Part shown: piece by piece, positions 28,111 to 38,952 of the stretch
Layout of the letters: every line of letters begins with the position of its first letter
Position numbering within the stretch: position 1 is the first letter of the stretch
Translations under genes and position numbers: made by a program
Notes under the pieces: generated by a model
Told to the model about the DNA's origin: nothing
Database searches by the model: none
What the model saw: only the letters and a program-made list of their open reading frames with translations
Origin: Alphaproteobacteria bacterium
Lineage (GTDB): Bacteria; Pseudomonadota; Alphaproteobacteria; CAISOG01
NCBI GenBank assembly: GCA_044375625.1
Contig: JBILMH010000002.1
Span: 5,277 to 69,276 of the forward strand
DNA: 64,000 nt
Direction: 5' to 3'

Positions 28111-29249
28111 CCCAAAATCCTTCAGCCCAACCTGCCCAATCCCCCTTTACCCAGGCGACCATCCATGTTGCCGCCGCCAGCCGCAGCTATCCGATTCATA
28201 TCAAGCCTGGCCTGCTGGCTCAGGCGGGGGAACGGTTGGCACCGCTTTTGCCTGCCAAACGCTCCCTGGTAATCGCGGATGAATCGGTTTGGCATCGGCA
28301 TGGCCAAGTGCTAGCCGACAGCCTGGCGGCGGCGGAATTTTCCTTTCACCTGCTGACGGTTGCGGGGGGGGAGGGCAGCAAAAGCTATAGCCAGTTGGAA
28401 CAGTTGTTGGAGCGCGCCTTGGCCTTGGCGCCCGATCGGCAAACCGCGATTATTGCCTTTGGCGGCGGGGTGATTGGCGATTTGGCTGGTTTTGCCGCCA
28501 GCATCCTGTTGCGCGGCCTGCCCTTTGTGCAGATTCCCACCACTTTGTTGGCGATGGTGGACAGCTCGGTCGGCGGCAAGACTGGCATCAACAGCCCTCA
28601 TGGCAAAAACTTGATAGGCAGCTTTTATCAACCCCACGCGGTGCTGATTGACCCCGAAGTGCTAACCACCCTGCCCCGTCGTCAATTGCTGGCGGGCTAT
28701 GCCGAGGTAGTGAAATACGGCCTGATTGCTGATGCCGACTTTTTTGCCTGGTTAGAGCGGGATGGCGCCGCCGCCCTGGATGGTGACGCAGCCAAGCTTT
28801 GTTACATTATCGAACGATCCTGTTTTCACAAAGCGGCCATTGTTGGTCAGGATGAGCGGGAGGGGGGCGTACGCGCCCTGCTGAACTTCGGACACACCCT
28901 TGGACATGCGTTGGAGGCCGCCCTGGGCTACAGCGATGCCCTGCTGCATGGGGAGGGGGTGGCGATCGGCATGGTCTTTGCCGCCGAATTGTCGCAGCAT
29001 TTGGGGCTGATTGCGCCAGAGGTGACGCAACGGGTGCGGCAGCATTTGACCGCGGTCGGCCTGCCCATCGATCACCGCCACCTGCCCGCCGTCGCCCAGG
29101 ATCCCCAATCGCTGCTGACCCTGATGGCCAGTGACAAAAAAGCCGTTGCCGGCCGCCTGACCTTTGTGCTGCTCGACGCGCTGGGTCACGCCCTGGTGCA
29201 ACGGGATGTCCCTAGCGATGTTGTTGGGGACTTGTTGGCGGAACCCTAA
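28107..29249 (+). CDS. aroB: 3-dehydroquinate synthase
   Basis: GGGVIGDLAGFAA, conserved metal-binding histidines, 4-nt overlap with aroK. Confidence 0.9.
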   Translation: MTQNPSAQPAQSPFTQATIHVAAASRSYPIHIKPGLLAQAGERLAPLLPAKRSLVIADESVWHRHGQVLADSLAAAEFSFHLLTVAGGEGSKSYSQLEQLLERALALAPDRQTAIIAFGGGVIGDLAGFAASILLRGLPFVQIPTTLLAMVDSSVGGKTGINSPHGKNLIGSFYQPHAVLIDPEVLTTLPRRQLLAGYAEVVKYGLIADADFFAWLERDGAAALDGDAAKLCYIIERSCFHKAAIVGQDEREGGVRALLNFGHTLGHALEAALGYSDALLHGEGVAIGMVFAAELSQHLGLIAPEVTQRVRQHLTAVGLPIDHRHLPAVAQDPQSLLTLMASDKKAVAGRLTFVLLDALGHALVQRDVPSDVVGDLLAEP

Positions 29250-29334
29250 GCAGGGGATGTTGACTAGAAACACTCTGCAAAAATCATATAATTATCTGAA
29301 TTTCATACAATTATTATCTGAAGAACAAATCACT

Positions 29335-30054
29335 ATGGGCAATGAATACCAGACCAAAGCCGATTTTTGGGACAGAAACCAAAAAACCATTCATAGCGAT
29401 TATTTGGTGAGGCCTTTGGTTTTAAAACTTTTGGGCAAGGTTAAGGGAAAAGACGTTTTGGATGCAGGATGTGGCGATGGCTATCTGTCAAGATCGATTG
29501 CTAAGAAAGGCGGCAATGTCGTTGGAATTGATATTTCCGATAAACTCATAAAAGTTTCTAAGGCCAAGTCTCCTAACATTAAGTTTTTCGTTGACTCAGT
29601 GGTCAATTACGAGAAAATATTTCAAAATTTTGATACAGTGATTTCAGTTATTGTTTTGCAGCATTTAAGCAAAAAAGATATTATTCAAAGCCTACAAAAA
29701 ACCTATTCTTTATTGCGATCAAAAGGTGTTTTTATCATAGCAATTCCACACCCTTTGATGTTCGCCAAAAAGCCAAGCAGCGATTGGATAACTTTTCACT
29801 ATGGAAATTTATCTTATTGGAATACCAAAAAAGTTACAATTTCATTGCAAGATATAAATGGCAAAAGCTTTTCAACAAAAACTTACACGCATTCATTAAG
29901 CTTCTACCTAAATGAAATATTGAGGGCAGGATTTCAAATTAAAGATGTAATTGAAACAAAACCATCCAAAAAGGATATATCTGAATATCATGAAAAATGG
30001 AAAGATGAGGCATTATTTCCATCCTATATGTTGTTAAAACTTATCAAACCTTAG
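29335..30054 (+). CDS. Class I SAM-dependent methyltransferase in an AT-rich islet (likely start ATG 29335; the ORF track starts earlier, inside aroB)
   Basis: Motif I VLDAGCGDGYLS, motif post-I VGIDIS. GC is far below the flanks. Confidence 0.7.
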   Translation: MGNEYQTKADFWDRNQKTIHSDYLVRPLVLKLLGKVKGKDVLDAGCGDGYLSRSIAKKGGNVVGIDISDKLIKVSKAKSPNIKFFVDSVVNYEKIFQNFDTVISVIVLQHLSKKDIIQSLQKTYSLLRSKGVFIIAIPHPLMFAKKPSSDWITFHYGNLSYWNTKKVTISLQDINGKSFSTKTYTHSLSFYLNEILRAGFQIKDVIETKPSKKDISEYHEKWKDEALFPSYMLLKLIKP

Positions 30055-30122
30055 ACATTAAAAGCGGAGAATTTATGGGCGCCTCCTTTTTGTCCTAAAG
30101 TGAAGCGCGGGAAAAACGGTGG

Positions 30123-30198
30123 TGGTGGAGCCGAGGGGAGTCGAACCCCTGACCTCGACAATGCGAATGTCGCGCTCTCCCAACTGAGCTACGGCCCC
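30123..30198 (-). tRNA. tRNA-Ala (anticodon CGC)
   Basis: Reverse complement GGGGCCGTAGCTCAGTTGGGAGAGCGCGACATTCGCATTGTCGAGGTCAGGGGTTCGACTCCCCTCGGCTCCACCA. Cloverleaf with G3:U70 Ala identity pair, anticodon loop TTCGCAT, encoded CCA. Confidence 0.9.
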
Positions 30199-30388
30199 AA
30201 CGGTAATGGCCGTCATCATGCGGCAAACGCCCCAAAACTGTCAACGCCTTCGCGCTGTCAACTGCACAGGGGGGCGGGGGCTGATGATACAGACTTGGGC
30301 ATGCCGATAAAGCCTATGCTGCCAGGGGGCGACGGCAGAAAAAGCATCTGTAGGATAAGGCAGTGGGAATTAGGCATTCGGAAGCAGC

Positions 30389-32161
30389 CTAAACGGGCTG
30401 TTCCTGCTGAACTCCTGAATTTTGCAACTCCTGCACCCGAATTTTTTGCACAATCTGTTTGGCTTCCTCAGGTTTGCGGCCAAGGGATTCAATCAACAAC
30501 TGGGCAATACGCAGGCTGGATTCCAAGGTTTCCACCACCACATGCTTCGCCCCCATATCATACAGGGCGTTGCTGTCTTTCGAATCTTTGGCACGCACAA
30601 TCACGGGCAACAGGGGAAATTCCGCCCGCAAAGACTGGATAATATCACGAATGGCGGCGTGATCGTCGATGGTGATAACCGCCAAGTCAATCTGGCTGTT
30701 AATCAATCGACGCCACAGGGCTTTGCGTCTGGCATCGCCAAAGATGATGCGATAGCCGTCCTTACCACATTGGCGCACCCGTTCTGCATTGTTATCAAAG
30801 GCGATATAGGGCAACCGCTGATCCTGCAGCACCCGCGCCAACAGTTGCCCCGTGCGGCCAAAGCCAGCAATCAACACGCCACTATGACCGCTCATTAGAT
30901 CCAGATTGGTCGATAGATCCTGGCTTTTGCCAAATTTGCGCTGAACAGCATCCGCTATTTTCGGGGTAAAAAAGAATACCAGCGGGCTTAGCATCATCGA
31001 ACAGGCGGTCACCAGCAAAAAATATTGCGTGTTGTGCGCGGGCATCAGCGCTGATGCGGTGGCAACGCCAAGAATCAACAGCGCAAATTCCCCTGGTTGG
31101 GAAAGATACAGGGAAATTTCAACCGATTTTCGTAAAGGAATCTGAAACCACAGGCACAGGGGTAGCAGAATAGAGGCTTTGAGGGCAAAAATCCCGACAA
31201 CACCAATGGCCAATAAGATCGGTTGATTCAAAACCTCCGTCAGATTGATCATCATGCCAATTGACAGGAAAAAGATGCCCAAAAGCAGGCTTTTAAGGGG
31301 GCTGATGATGACCTCAACCTCATGCTTATACTCGGTCTCGGCAATCAACAGGCCAGCCATAAAGGCACCAAGAGCCAGGGATAAACCGGCTGCATGAGTC
31401 AGGGCGGCACTGCCAATGACGGCGAACACCACAAACGCCGCTAGCCATTCTGGGCTTTTGGAAAAATTGATGGTTCGCAAAAAGGGCGCCAAAACTTTTT
31501 TGCCCATGAAATAGATGGCCACGATGACCAGAATGCCCAATGCCAGGGAACTGGCCAAGGCCTGAACAATGCTGACATTGGCGTCAGCAGAAAAGGATGC
31601 GGCCAAAACCAACAGGGGAATAACCGCCAAATCCTGCATCAACAGGATGCAAAAACAAATAATGCCAACCGGGCGTGAGGTCAGTTTGCGCTCCTCCAAC
31701 AATTTTAACACGATCGCGGTTGATGACAGGGCAAAGGATGCTCCGATAAGAATCGATGCCGGCACGGTGTTGCGAAAGGCCATCGCAACCGCAAAAATAA
31801 TCAATCCCGTCAACAGAATTTGGGCGGAACCAAGGCCGAAAATATACCGACGCAGCTCGTTAAGGCGTTCAAACGACAGCTCAAGCCCGATCATGAACAT
31901 CAGGGTGATGATGCCCAATTCACCCAGAATATGAACGGTGCCTGTATCCTCAATGGTAACATAGCCAAGCCAATTATCTGTGGTGGCGAAAGATGCCAAC
32001 CCATGGGGGCCAATAACGATACCACAAAGCAAATAGCCCAAAATTGGCGACAGCTTTAGCCGATGCAGCAAGGGCACCACGATGCCTGCAATCCCAAAGA
32101 ACAGCAAAAGTTTGGCGATAACCTCAATAAGATGGTGATTGCTGGCGGCTAACTGTTCCAA
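30389..32161 (-). CDS. kefB: Glutathione-regulated K+ efflux / CPA2 cation:proton antiporter with C-terminal TrkA-N (RCK) domain
   Basis: Multi-TM Na_H exchanger region, GFGRTGQLLARVL Rossmann motif of TrkA-N. Confidence 0.85.
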   Translation of the reverse strand: MEQLAASNHHLIEVIAKLLLFFGIAGIVVPLLHRLKLSPILGYLLCGIVIGPHGLASFATTDNWLGYVTIEDTGTVHILGELGIITLMFMIGLELSFERLNELRRYIFGLGSAQILLTGLIIFAVAMAFRNTVPASILIGASFALSSTAIVLKLLEERKLTSRPVGIICFCILLMQDLAVIPLLVLAASFSADANVSIVQALASSLALGILVIVAIYFMGKKVLAPFLRTINFSKSPEWLAAFVVFAVIGSAALTHAAGLSLALGAFMAGLLIAETEYKHEVEVIISPLKSLLLGIFFLSIGMMINLTEVLNQPILLAIGVVGIFALKASILLPLCLWFQIPLRKSVEISLYLSQPGEFALLILGVATASALMPAHNTQYFLLVTACSMMLSPLVFFFTPKIADAVQRKFGKSQDLSTNLDLMSGHSGVLIAGFGRTGQLLARVLQDQRLPYIAFDNNAERVRQCGKDGYRIIFGDARRKALWRRLINSQIDLAVITIDDHAAIRDIIQSLRAEFPLLPVIVRAKDSKDSNALYDMGAKHVVVETLESSLRIAQLLIESLGRKPEEAKQIVQKIRVQELQNSGVQQEQPV

Positions 32162-32329
32162 GACATTATCGGATTATGGTTGGTTGGATAATTAATGATG
32201 CTATCAGCATCGCCATCAGACCACAACGCCGCATAATCGCCGACCCGATCCCCTGTTGGCGTTTTTGGCGTATAGGCAAGTGGCGCAAGATGCCTTAGAA
32301 CCAGCCTATCCAGTCTGATTTTTTTTGTT

Positions 32330-33190
32330 ATGCCCCAAAGCCAACCTGCCCCCCACGCTGACCTATGGTCATCCAAGCCTTTAAGCGCCTGTGCGCAGCA
32401 GCTGTATAGCGGGGCGCGTGGCGCATTTTTGGCGGCGCAGCTGGTTAGCGATGACTGTCGCCCTGGCTTTATCGCCATGCTGGCCTTGCAGCTGGAACTG
32501 GCCAATATCCGTCATCAGGTGACCGAGCCGTTGTTGGGTCAGATCCGCCTGACCTGGTGGCGGGAGCAGTTATCGGCTCTGCAACCCTCCCCATCCAACC
32601 TTCATCCGATTTTGCAAGCGCTGGCCGAATCGGGCGCGGCTTTGCCGCCTGACTTGCTGGATAACCTGCTAACCGCGCAGGCCGAGGCGTTGGATTATCT
32701 GCCCGCCAACAACTGGTCAGGGCTACAGGATTGGGCGCAGCGGATTGGCCGTTCCCAACTGCTGCTGCTGGCTGCTCAGCTGAACAATTCTGCCGCGGAC
32801 ATACCCGCCGATACCCAGGCCTTGGCACAGCCAGCGGGGTTGGCGATTGGCCTGCTGCAACTGCTGCAACAATGCAGCGCGTCCAACCTGGCCGATGCGC
32901 TTTGTGCCAGCCATCAGGATGGTCATCAGGGCAATACGCATCAGCACGATCTGAGCGCGGCGGTGGCCACCGTGCGGACAACAGCGCAACAGGCGTTGCA
33001 ACAGGCCGCCCCCCTGCTACGCGCCCTGCCCCGCGCCCAACGCCCCGCCTTTTTCAGCCTGGTGGCAACCCAACGGCTGTTGCGGCAGCTGGCCAGTCAT
33101 GGTGATCAGCTGAGCCGTTTGGACTATCATCGCCCCGATCCCTGGCGTGCCTGGCGCCTTTACCGCCTGGCCAGATCTGGCAAAATATAA
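32330..33190 (+). CDS. Squalene/phytoene-synthase family protein, possibly the non-catalytic NDUFAF6-like homologue common in alpha-proteobacteria
   Basis: RLTWWREQL block and helical isoprenoid-synthase-like layout. Asp-rich motifs are not clearly conserved. Confidence 0.45.
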   Translation: MPQSQPAPHADLWSSKPLSACAQQLYSGARGAFLAAQLVSDDCRPGFIAMLALQLELANIRHQVTEPLLGQIRLTWWREQLSALQPSPSNLHPILQALAESGAALPPDLLDNLLTAQAEALDYLPANNWSGLQDWAQRIGRSQLLLLAAQLNNSAADIPADTQALAQPAGLAIGLLQLLQQCSASNLADALCASHQDGHQGNTHQHDLSAAVATVRTTAQQALQQAAPLLRALPRAQRPAFFSLVATQRLLRQLASHGDQLSRLDYHRPDPWRAWRLYRLARSGKI

Positions 33191-33200
33191 GAGTTCCCTG

Positions 33201-33977
33201 ATGAAACGCCTGAAATTAACCATTGAATATGATGGCAGCCGCCTGAACGGCTGGCAGATTCAGCCAAAGGATTTGTCGGTGCAGCAGGTGTTGCAAGATG
33301 CCTGTGCCGCTGTTTTTGGCCAGGCGATTGAGGTGGTGGGGGCTGGCCGTACCGATTCAGGGGTGCACGCCCTGGGTCAGGTTGCGCATGTCGATTTGCC
33401 CCCGCTGTTCACCCCGAATCAGCCCCCGAATCTTTACAGGTTGCGGGCATCGTTAAACCACTTTGTTAATCAGCATGGGGTCAGTGTGCGCAACATTGAG
33501 CCCGTTGCCGATGATTTTCATGCCCGTTTTTCGGCGATTAGGCGGCGCTATTGCTACCGCATTCATACCCATCCCGCCATCAGCCCCCTGCATCGCGGGC
33601 GGGTCTGGCATTTTGGGCAGTCGCTGGATCTGCTGGCGATGCAGCAGGCGGCCAAGCTGTTGGAGGGGCAGCAGGATTTTAGCAGCTTTCGGGACGCAAA
33701 GTGCCAGGCCAAAACCCCAATGCGCAGCATGGAAAGGGTGGAGGTGGTGTCGGCAAACAGCGATTTGCAGGCGGGGGAGGTGCAGTTTCGGGTGACAGCC
33801 CGATCCTTCCTACATCATCAGGTGCGGATTATGGTTGGCAGCCTGGTGAAGATAGGGCTGCATCGCCACCCGCCAGAATGGCTGGGTGCGGTTTTGGCCG
33901 CCCGTGATCGGGATCAGGCTGGCCCCACCGCTCCGCCAGAGGGCTTGTATTTGGTCGGGGTTGACTACCCCGCCTAA
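33201..33977 (+). CDS. truA: tRNA pseudouridine(38-40) synthase
   Basis: MKRLKLTIEYDGSRLNGWQIQP, catalytic GAGRTDSGVHALGQVAH. Confidence 0.85.
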   Translation: MKRLKLTIEYDGSRLNGWQIQPKDLSVQQVLQDACAAVFGQAIEVVGAGRTDSGVHALGQVAHVDLPPLFTPNQPPNLYRLRASLNHFVNQHGVSVRNIEPVADDFHARFSAIRRRYCYRIHTHPAISPLHRGRVWHFGQSLDLLAMQQAAKLLEGQQDFSSFRDAKCQAKTPMRSMERVEVVSANSDLQAGEVQFRVTARSFLHHQVRIMVGSLVKIGLHRHPPEWLGAVLAARDRDQAGPTAPPEGLYLVGVDYPA

Positions 33978-34024
33978 GCCCTGGCCAGGCCCATCAATGC
34001 TGAAGGCTATTTTTTGGTCGGTGA

Positions 34025-35254
<1,230 letters not shown>

Positions 35255-35259
35255 GCCAA

Positions 35260-37104
35260 CTATTCCCCCGAACCATTAAATTTTTTGGCACGGCGTGCCT
35301 GTTTTTGCTTTTGCTTACTCTTGCTGGCCGCTTGGGCAGCCTGCACCGCATCCATGCGGCTGTTAAGCCAGCGTTGCTGCAGAATCGACAACAAATTGTT
35401 GCTGGTCCAGTACAGGATTAGCCCTGCGGCAAACTGCGCCATCATTAGGGTAAAGATATAGGGCATAATCTTAAACACCATCGCCTGGGTCGGATCGGTC
35501 GGCGGCGGATTAAGCCGTTGTTGCATCACCATGGTCAGCCCCATCAGCAGCGGCCAAACCCCAATCATCAAAAAGCCGGGCAGATCGATAGGAATCAGGC
35601 CAAACAGGTTGAAAATGCTGGTTGGATCGGGCGCCGACAAATCATGAATCCAGCCGACAAACGGCGCATGACGCAGCTCAATCGCTACCGACAACACCTT
35701 ATACAATGCCAAGAAAATTGGGATTTGCAGCAAGATGGGCAGGCAGCCGCCCAGGGGGTTTACCCCCTCCGTCTTATACATCTTCATCAATTCCTGATTC
35801 ATCCGCATTTTGTCGTCGCTATACAGCTCCTTTAACCGCACCATCTCAGGCTGCAAATCCTTCATCCGCTTCATCGCCTTAAAGGATGCGTTGGCCAGCG
35901 GGAACAGGGCTATCCGCACCAACAGGGTCAGGGCGATGATCGCCAAGCCATAGTTGTGGGTCAGCAGGTGCATCAGCTGAAGCACGTGATACAGCGGTTT
36001 GGCGATAAAAAAGAACCAGCCAAAGTCCACCGCTTGCTCCAAACGAGGGATGGTCAGCTGATCGCTGTATTTTTCCAACAGATGGGTTTCCTTAGCGCCT
36101 GCCAGAATTTTGTAGCGTTGCACTTCGGTCGCGCCAGGCTTCACCGCAATCGCCGCCCCAATGCTGTCGAGGCGGTAATGTTGCATGGGCTTTACATAAG
36201 CAATTTCAACGGCAGGCCCCCCACCCACTTCAACCTCTTTACTATCTTCCTCACGGGTCAGCTGGACTCGGCTGTCGGCATAGGGGGATGGCGCCACCGC
36301 GACCAGCCAATAGGTATCGGTTAGCCCTGCCCAGGCTCCCTGCTGAAAACTGCGCGATTCGCCCACCTCCAATTTGCGATAGCCCAGATGGCTAAGGCCA
36401 TCATCAAACATGCCAACCAAGCCCTCATGCTCGAAAGAGGCTGTTTTGCCAGCATGTTGGCGGCGGTTGACTTCGGCCAGCGGTAGCAGGTTGACGGTTT
36501 GCCCGCCTTGATTGCTTACCGACTGCTCAACGCTGAACATAAAATGCTCGTCCAGGCTGATGCGCTGTTCAAACAGCAAGCCTTGGCCATTGTTCCAACG
36601 CAGGGTGACAGGCTGTTCAGGGGTCAGGGTTGGTCGATCCGCCTGCCAGGCGGTGGTGGCATCGGGCAGTTTTACCTCCCCCTGCCCCTTGGCCGCTTGC
36701 CAGCCCAGCTTCATCACAAAGCCATCCGCCGTCGCCGCATCATTAAACAGTTGAACAGGATCGCTGTTGTGGCCAGCATGTTGCTGATAATCCTTAAGGC
36801 TAAGACGATCAAAACGCGCCCCGCGCAGGTTGATTCGACCCGCGACCCGCCCATTGTTGATCAGCACGTCACCCACGGGCGGCAAATTGGCCAAATCCGC
36901 CTTGGCCTGATTGATGGGCGGGGTTGCCTGCGTCGCAGACTGCCCCTCATTGGTGGCTCCATTGGTGGCTGTGGCTGCCGCCTGCTGCGCCTGGTTAACG
37001 GCGGCCTGATGGGGTAAGGCGATAAAATACTGGTAGCCCAGCAGGATGAGCATCGACAGGATGACGGCGGCCAACAAATTGCGGTTTTCATTCATAATGG
37101 GCAA
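35260..37104 (-). CDS. yidC: Membrane protein insertase
   Basis: Large periplasmic domain after TM1, C-terminal 60-kDa IMP domain, basic C-terminal tail. Confidence 0.9.
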   Translation of the reverse strand: MPIMNENRNLLAAVILSMLILLGYQYFIALPHQAAVNQAQQAAATATNGATNEGQSATQATPPINQAKADLANLPPVGDVLINNGRVAGRINLRGARFDRLSLKDYQQHAGHNSDPVQLFNDAATADGFVMKLGWQAAKGQGEVKLPDATTAWQADRPTLTPEQPVTLRWNNGQGLLFEQRISLDEHFMFSVEQSVSNQGGQTVNLLPLAEVNRRQHAGKTASFEHEGLVGMFDDGLSHLGYRKLEVGESRSFQQGAWAGLTDTYWLVAVAPSPYADSRVQLTREEDSKEVEVGGGPAVEIAYVKPMQHYRLDSIGAAIAVKPGATEVQRYKILAGAKETHLLEKYSDQLTIPRLEQAVDFGWFFFIAKPLYHVLQLMHLLTHNYGLAIIALTLLVRIALFPLANASFKAMKRMKDLQPEMVRLKELYSDDKMRMNQELMKMYKTEGVNPLGGCLPILLQIPIFLALYKVLSVAIELRHAPFVGWIHDLSAPDPTSIFNLFGLIPIDLPGFLMIGVWPLLMGLTMVMQQRLNPPPTDPTQAMVFKIMPYIFTLMMAQFAAGLILYWTSNNLLSILQQRWLNSRMDAVQAAQAASKSKQKQKQARRAKKFNGSGE

Positions 37105-37115
37105 CCAGGCTTTCT

Positions 37116-37412
37116 TTAGGGTTTTTTTATGGAACGTTGGGTGACGGAGGATGAACAGGATGACGTGTCGTTATGGCAAAGTTCGGGCAACAGGTCTATC
37201 CCCCCCGGATGAAAAGGGTGACAGCGCACCAGCCGCCGCAAGATCAGCCACAAGGCATAGCCCAACGGCAATTGCCGCAACGCTTGGCCTGCATAGCATG
37301 AACAGCTGGGATAAAACCGACAGGCCGGCGCCAGCATCAGCCCCAAACTGTTCTGATACAACCAAATCAGAGCCAGCAGGGGCAGGCGGATGGGGGTAGA
37401 AAGTCGACTCAT
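37116..37412 (-). CDS. yidD: Membrane protein insertion efficiency factor
   Basis: YQNSLGLMLAPACRFYPSCSCYAGQALRQ...GGID haemolytic-domain signature. Confidence 0.75.
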   Translation of the reverse strand: MSRLSTPIRLPLLALIWLYQNSLGLMLAPACRFYPSCSCYAGQALRQLPLGYALWLILRRLVRCHPFHPGGIDLLPELCHNDTSSCSSSVTQRSIKKP

Positions 37413-37598
37413 ACAAAATCCATACAGGATTTTCGTTGTTTTCCCAATCTTTTGTTGCGTGCCACCAGCGATCGTTGATCGGAAAAATATCGCTTGACAT
37501 CTGTTTTCGATATATTAAAAAGGGATTAATTTTAAGTTTCTCAGCTAAAAAATTAAGCATCCAAACAATTAAAAAGCGCAAAATAATGGAGAGGTATT

Positions 37599-38048
37599 GT
37601 GGTCATATCAATTCCGAGCGCAGTACTAGATGCTCTTGAGCTAAGAGATGATAAAAACTCAAAGAATTCTAAGCCGCCTACCATAAAGAGTATTAATCGA
37701 CCTATTAACGCAGAATCAGAGCAGCTTACGCTTTTCGTATTGTCGGATTCTACTGTGTTTACTCATGCGATTCAGGTCTTTGCCCTTCTTGACCATGGCG
37801 AAGTGACACCGCAAACCCTTAAGGCTGCAAGCAAATGCCTAATGCAACTCGCTAGCTCTATGAAGACCGACATCACTTGGAGTGTTGTGGATGCAGCCAC
37901 TGCTTTTGCAAATCCAAATAAGGCTGCTAGCATTATTAATAGAACAAACAGTTTTTTAGAAGGATTTCTGTTTTCAGAGCAGGTAGCGAAAGCGGGCAGG
38001 CTTGCAGCTAATAGGTTGCCTTATGCAAAACTATCTTTAACCAGATAA
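37599..38048 (+). CDS. ORFan protein in AT-rich islet; full-length paralogue of the split 18398..18880 gene
   Basis: GTG start with GGAGAGG RBS 5 nt upstream, TTGACA box at 37493-37498, low GC. Confidence 0.45.
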   Translation: MVISIPSAVLDALELRDDKNSKNSKPPTIKSINRPINAESEQLTLFVLSDSTVFTHAIQVFALLDHGEVTPQTLKAASKCLMQLASSMKTDITWSVVDAATAFANPNKAASIINRTNSFLEGFLFSEQVAKAGRLAANRLPYAKLSLTR

Positions 38049-38123
38049 AATTGCCAGGCGAGAGGAATACTCCCTGCAAATCTAGCGCCCACCGCCACGC
38101 TGCCCCCTAGCAAAAAAAAGCCT

Positions 38124-38468
38124 CTAAAGCTGATGCGCCAACAAATCCTGTTGGGTGAACAGGGGTTGCATGACGGTGTCGATATGCTGTTTCAAGGCGG
38201 GATAGGTGATGGCCTGATAGGCTTGCAGGTCAACGGTAATCGCCAACAAACTTTCGGTAAATAGGGTACGCAGGCGATCCACCACCGCCGCCTCAACATC
38301 GCCATACAGCACCAAATCAATGTCGGAGTTTGGCCGCGCCATGCCGGTTGCGCGTGACCCAAAAATCCCAACCAGCTCAATTTTGTCCGCAAAGGGTGCC
38401 AACACCGCCCGCAAAACGGCCAGCTGTTGCGGGCTAAGCTGATGCAAATTGGGGTTAGGCGGGTTCAT
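38124..38468 (-). CDS. Minimal nucleotidyltransferase (MNT, HI0073-like antitoxin)
   Basis: GIFGSRATGMARPNSDIDLVLYGD (GS...DxD Pol-beta NTase motif), 114 aa. Confidence 0.75.
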   Translation of the reverse strand: MNPPNPNLHQLSPQQLAVLRAVLAPFADKIELVGIFGSRATGMARPNSDIDLVLYGDVEAAVVDRLRTLFTESLLAITVDLQAYQAITYPALKQHIDTVMQPLFTQQDLLAHQL

Positions 38469-38940
38469 AGGCGTGCCCCCCCTCCCCCTCGGCCTCCGCC
38501 TCGGCTTTTTGCAGCATGCCCCGGTACAGCCGATCCAGCAGGATCAGGTGGTGGGATCGAATTTCCTGAATAATCTGCTCAAAAACCTTAACGTCATAAG
38601 TGTGCGACATTTTGTTGCGTGCATCCAACGCCCGCATCCATCCGTCACCATCGTCAATAAGTTTAGCGGCAAAGGCGGCCTTGATAACGGCGGCGGGGGT
38701 AACAGTGGCCAGCACGACACCGCTAGCATCCAAATAGTCCTTAAGCAGCTTCCAGGCCAACTCCCAGGTATACTCAAACCGCTGGATGACCCCCTCCTTC
38801 TCCAATTGCGACAGCGGGCGTTCCTCCATCGTTGCAATCCCCTCACGCAACAAAACAAAGGCGCGTTTGTAGTTGTCGAAGCGGTAAAGCCAGCGCGGCT
38901 GAGTCGTATTGGATGCAGGGGGTGGTGGCGGGTTCATCAT
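38455..38940 (-). CDS. HEPN-domain nucleotidyltransferase-substrate-binding protein (HI0074 family toxin)
   Basis: Rx4-6H motif ARNKMSHTYD, HI0074-like helices FEYTWELAWKLLKDYL. Overlaps the MNT gene by 14 nt. Confidence 0.75.
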   Translation of the reverse strand: MMNPPPPPASNTTQPRWLYRFDNYKRAFVLLREGIATMEERPLSQLEKEGVIQRFEYTWELAWKLLKDYLDASGVVLATVTPAAVIKAAFAAKLIDDGDGWMRALDARNKMSHTYDVKVFEQIIQEIRSHHLILLDRLYRGMLQKAEAEAEGEGGHAYEPA

Positions 38941-38952
38941 GACCTTTTGATA

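Noticed and set aside
30100-30642. 180-aa plus-strand ORF
   Set aside because: It overlaps the tRNA-Ala gene and the 3' end of kefB. It is an artefact of high GC.
37171-37581. 136-aa ORF in the position where rnpA would be expected upstream of yidD
   Set aside because: It overlaps yidD out of frame and runs into the AT-rich promoter region. The sequence has none of the basic RnpA motifs. Treated as spurious; the absence of rnpA is itself noted as a finding.
38455-38940. Both TA genes start MNPP (shared ggcgggttcat at both starts). Considered evidence of an internal duplication.
   Set aside because: The shared stretch is only ~11 nt and the proteins diverge immediately. Most likely coincidence in Pro-rich, GC-rich starts.
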